Positions 36,590 through 39,063 of a DNA stretch of 39,063 nt are shown here, piece by piece. The notes beneath the pieces were generated by a model that saw only the letters and a program-made list of their open reading frames with translations, searched no databases and was not told the origin of the DNA. Position 1 is the first letter of the stretch; each line of letters starts with the position of its first letter. A program made the translations under genes and the position numbers. This stretch comes from a virus: the IMG/VR virus record IMGVR_UViG_3300045988_105464, positions 1 through 39,063 of that record, one strand, 5' to 3'.

Positions 36590-38500
36590 TTATTTGAACA
36601 TATTGGAAATTTCCTGCTGCTGTGCGGCGCTCAGACTATTCCAGTGACTTTTCAGGATGTTTTGTGCCCGCTGATAGCCGCCGCGATTCATATAATCAGA
36701 AATCGTCCGTTTCAATTCATCATAGCCCATAGAGTAACCGCTCTTCTGGCCCTTACTATACTTTGCCCATGCTTTGTCAGCCGTCAGGCCGCCTGCGGCC
36801 TTCTTGGAGTTAGTTCCCCACTTGCCGTCAGCGGTCACGCCGTAGTATTTCTGGAGCTGCTTCACCTGCTCGTTGGTGAGGCTGCCGTTGGAATAGCTGC
36901 TTTTGCCGCTGCGCTTACTGCCGGTTTTGGCAGTGCCGGTTGTACCCGCCTTCAGCTTGCCGGTGCCGTACAGGGCATCATAAGACCCCTGACCGTAATA
37001 GTAATCAAAGGCAGAGATCACGTCATCCGTCACGATGCCGTTTTTCAAGGCGGACTGTACCTGACTGGCCGTTAAAATGGGCTTTGCGGCAGTCGTGGCG
37101 GTCGCTGCCGCCGTCTGCTTGACCGCCTGGTTCTGCTGCCGCACGTATTCTTCATACAGGGCATTTGCCAGCTCTGCGTTTCCAGTGGCCTGCGCCTCGG
37201 CAATGGCGTTCTGGTACTCCGTGTCCAGCTGGATCCGCTGAAGGTCGATGGCCGCCGTCTTTTCCGCCTGCTCCCGGTCGATCTGGGAAAGGTTCTGTTG
37301 GAGCACAACGTCCTGTGCCAGTGCCGCCTGTCCGGTGGTGCCGGTGTTCAGGCCGTTAGCCACCGCCATCTCCTGAAATGCGCCCCGGCTCAGGGCGTTC
37401 TGGTTGGCCGCGCTGTTCCGGGCGATGTCATACACCGGCGCGATCTGTGCGCGGCTGGCATCCAGGGTGGAGGTGTTCTGTTCATAGGCGGATTTCAGCG
37501 CCGCCAGCTCTGCCGCCACCTTCTTGGCGTACAGCTCTTTCAGATAGTCGTTGCCGTCCCCAATGTCAAAGCTCGTTCCGGCCTGCGCCGTGAAATTGCT
37601 CGCCGGGGTACTTCCTGCATTGATGTCCGTGACCCGCTGCTGGCCGTATGCCGGTGTCCCGGCCTGTACGCCGCCATTCGCCGCCATGAAATCGCCGAAG
37701 GACTGCACTTTGCCGTTGGCCTGTGCGGAGGGGGAGGTGTCCGTCCCCATGAGATAGCGGTAATAGTCCAGTTCTGCGCTCTCCGGGCTGGTGGAAAGTC
37801 CCAGCTGTTTCCGGCGGTCATTCACGGCAGACAGCGCGCCGTTGTCCGTGACAAGGCCGCTCTTGTCGATGGTGTAGCCGTACCCGGCCCGGATGGCGTT
37901 TGCCGCCTGATTGGCCTGATCCCCAGTGATTTTCCCCGCCTGCATCTGCGCCCGAATGTCTGCAATCTTCTGCCGATCCAGTGCGGACAGCATTTCATTG
38001 TCCGTCCATGCCCCGCTTTTGCCATAACTGCCATTCCCCGCGTTGATGTCCTGATGGGGGGTGTAGTCCGCCACACCCTTCACGGCCTTGTAGGCATAGC
38101 CGTTGTCATCATAAAACACGGTATAGCCGTTGGACACCTGCGCCTTACCAGCCAAATCCGTGCGGCGACTCATGTCCGCGCCTACCTGATAGGTCACACC
38201 GCCCCGCTTGTAGTTTTTCACCTCGGAATTGCTGGTTGGCATCCCGTAAATGCCGCCGCCGTTGTTCTCGCGGGTGTATTCCACACCCTTGTAGCTGCCC
38301 TTGGAACTGCCGCCGGAGGAACCGCCGTAGGTCTGTGTGTATGTCTTATTGGAGCCGATCATATTCGGCTCCTTGCCGCCGTACTTATCATTGATCTTGT
38401 TCTGCCGCTCTTGACGCAGCTGTGCCCGCTCGGAGGCCGACAGATCCGTTCGCTGAAGCTCTTTGGAATAGTCCTTGTTCTTGTCGTAATAGCCTGCCAT
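36590..38500 (-). CDS. 636-aa virion protein with a C-terminal peptidoglycan-binding (PG_binding_1-like) domain
   Basis: RBS AAGGAGG. LTNEQVKQLQKYYGVTADGKWGTNSKKAAGG near the C-terminus. The central part is Ala/Gln-rich and coiled-coil-like. Confidence 0.6.
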   Translation of the reverse strand: MAGYYDKNKDYSKELQRTDLSASERAQLRQERQNKINDKYGGKEPNMIGSNKTYTQTYGGSSGGSSKGSYKGVEYTRENNGGGIYGMPTSNSEVKNYKRGGVTYQVGADMSRRTDLAGKAQVSNGYTVFYDDNGYAYKAVKGVADYTPHQDINAGNGSYGKSGAWTDNEMLSALDRQKIADIRAQMQAGKITGDQANQAANAIRAGYGYTIDKSGLVTDNGALSAVNDRRKQLGLSTSPESAELDYYRYLMGTDTSPSAQANGKVQSFGDFMAANGGVQAGTPAYGQQRVTDINAGSTPASNFTAQAGTSFDIGDGNDYLKELYAKKVAAELAALKSAYEQNTSTLDASRAQIAPVYDIARNSAANQNALSRGAFQEMAVANGLNTGTTGQAALAQDVVLQQNLSQIDREQAEKTAAIDLQRIQLDTEYQNAIAEAQATGNAELANALYEEYVRQQNQAVKQTAAATATTAAKPILTASQVQSALKNGIVTDDVISAFDYYYGQGSYDALYGTGKLKAGTTGTAKTGSKRSGKSSYSNGSLTNEQVKQLQKYYGVTADGKWGTNSKKAAGGLTADKAWAKYSKGQKSGYSMGYDELKRTISDYMNRGGYQRAQNILKSHWNSLSAAQQQEISNMFK

Positions 38501-38512
38501 ACATGGTCCTCC

Positions 38513-39063
38513 TTATCCGTTCCAATCCGAGCGGGTTTCCCGGACGTCGATATGCGTGAAGCTGCCATAAATCCCCACGCCGCCCCAGTCCGGCATCAGC
38601 GTCCGGGCATAAGCCGCCACCGCTGCCGGTGTCTGCCCCTTCACGGAAATGTCCGCCGCCGTGCCATAACAGTGCTGGCTGTGGGCTGCGCCGTCCACCT
38701 GCTTGTTATACTGCGGCGTGCGATAGGCGCTGTGAATGATCACCGGAACGCCAAAGTGGCTGCGGATGCTCTGCAGCACCATCACCAGCCGGGGCGCCAC
38801 CAGCACGGCATCGGAGCCGTCCTTGCAGGCAAACTCGCTGACCTTGAAATTGCCGGACAGCTTCTTGCCGCCGTCCTTCGCCTTGGAATAGGCGTTGATC
38901 TCTACCATAGGTTTCTCTCCTTCCGGCTCATTGTCTGCGCTCTTGTACTTCCACACCAGGAAGAACGGGATCACCCGCCCATCCCCAGTGAATCCTTTGC
39001 CCTCGCTGTCCATGAAGCAGGCGCTTCCGCCTCCGTCCATCATGATGGCGTTGTCCCAGCCGG
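38513..39063 (-). CDS. Endolysin, C-terminal segment (peptidase M15A-type zinc D,D-/L,D-peptidase domain), continuous with 1..502
   Basis: FKVSEFACKDGSD...IIHSAYRTPQYN...HSQHCYGTAADISV...FTHIDV carries the H/D/H zinc ligand layout of M15 peptidases. The frame is continuous across the 36-bp overlap, giving a joined length of 338 aa. Confidence 0.8.
   Translation of the reverse strand, partial: GWDNAIMMDGGGSACFMDSEGKGFTGDGRVIPFFLVWKYKSADNEPEGEKPMVEINAYSKAKDGGKKLSGNFKVSEFACKDGSDAVLVAPRLVMVLQSIRSHFGVPVIIHSAYRTPQYNKQVDGAAHSQHCYGTAADISVKGQTPAAVAAYARTLMPDWGGVGIYGSFTHIDVRETRSDWNG
39028..39063. repeat. Terminal 36-bp identity with 1..36
   Basis: See the first feature. Confidence 0.95.

Noticed and set aside
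1-39063. Diversity-generating retroelement, retron, or a large multi-gene defence system
   Set aside because: There is no reverse-transcriptase-like ORF. No template/variable repeat pair matching the fibre gene was seen. No ORF larger than 250 aa exists outside the structural, integrase and terminase genes.

Overview
The window is a complete, circularly closed temperate phage genome. Its first 36 bp are identical to its last 36 bp, so the unique length is 39,027 bp. The junction falls inside the endolysin gene. High GC content and strong AGGAGG-type ribosome-binding sites (RBS) suggest a Clostridia-type host (inference). There are three main blocks. (1) A late operon of about 19 kb on the minus strand runs from about 12.6 kb leftward through position 1 and wraps round to 31,141. 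It contains an ORF-free patterned leader, tRNA-Asn, an aberrant tRNA-like element, small proteins, scaffold, capsid, terL, a beta-rich virion protein, portal, tail fibre, an XkdX-like protein, holin, a two-domain endolysin, a 636-aa virion protein with a peptidoglycan-binding domain, and an 1812-aa polyvalent or ejection-type protein. No tail tube, sheath or tape-measure genes are present, so the virion is probably podovirus-like. (2) A lysogeny module at 15.6-18.4 kb has an attP-like region, a tyrosine integrase, a membrane-anchored helix-turn-helix (HTH) protein, a CI-like repressor, back-to-back promoters with palindromic operators, and a Cro-like gene. (3) A 13-kb plus-strand early/middle operon (18.1-31.1 kb) is made of tightly coupled small genes: a PD-(D/E)XK nuclease, a single-strand annealing protein, SSB, a G39P-like loader, RusA, ASCH and DUF6378-like proteins, two Lar-like proteins, many zinc-ribbon mini-proteins, an acidic 16x hexapeptide-repeat protein, and two late-regulator candidates. 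A separate self-contained cassette (12.7-15.65 kb) has a ribbon-helix-helix (RHH) regulator, a promoter, eight small genes including a J-domain protein, and a terminator. The most unusual feature is the 0.87-kb ORF-free, G-run/C-run patterned region next to the tRNAs. It could be a large structured RNA, a pac site or an ori. It shares a 40-bp palindrome with one other site in the genome.
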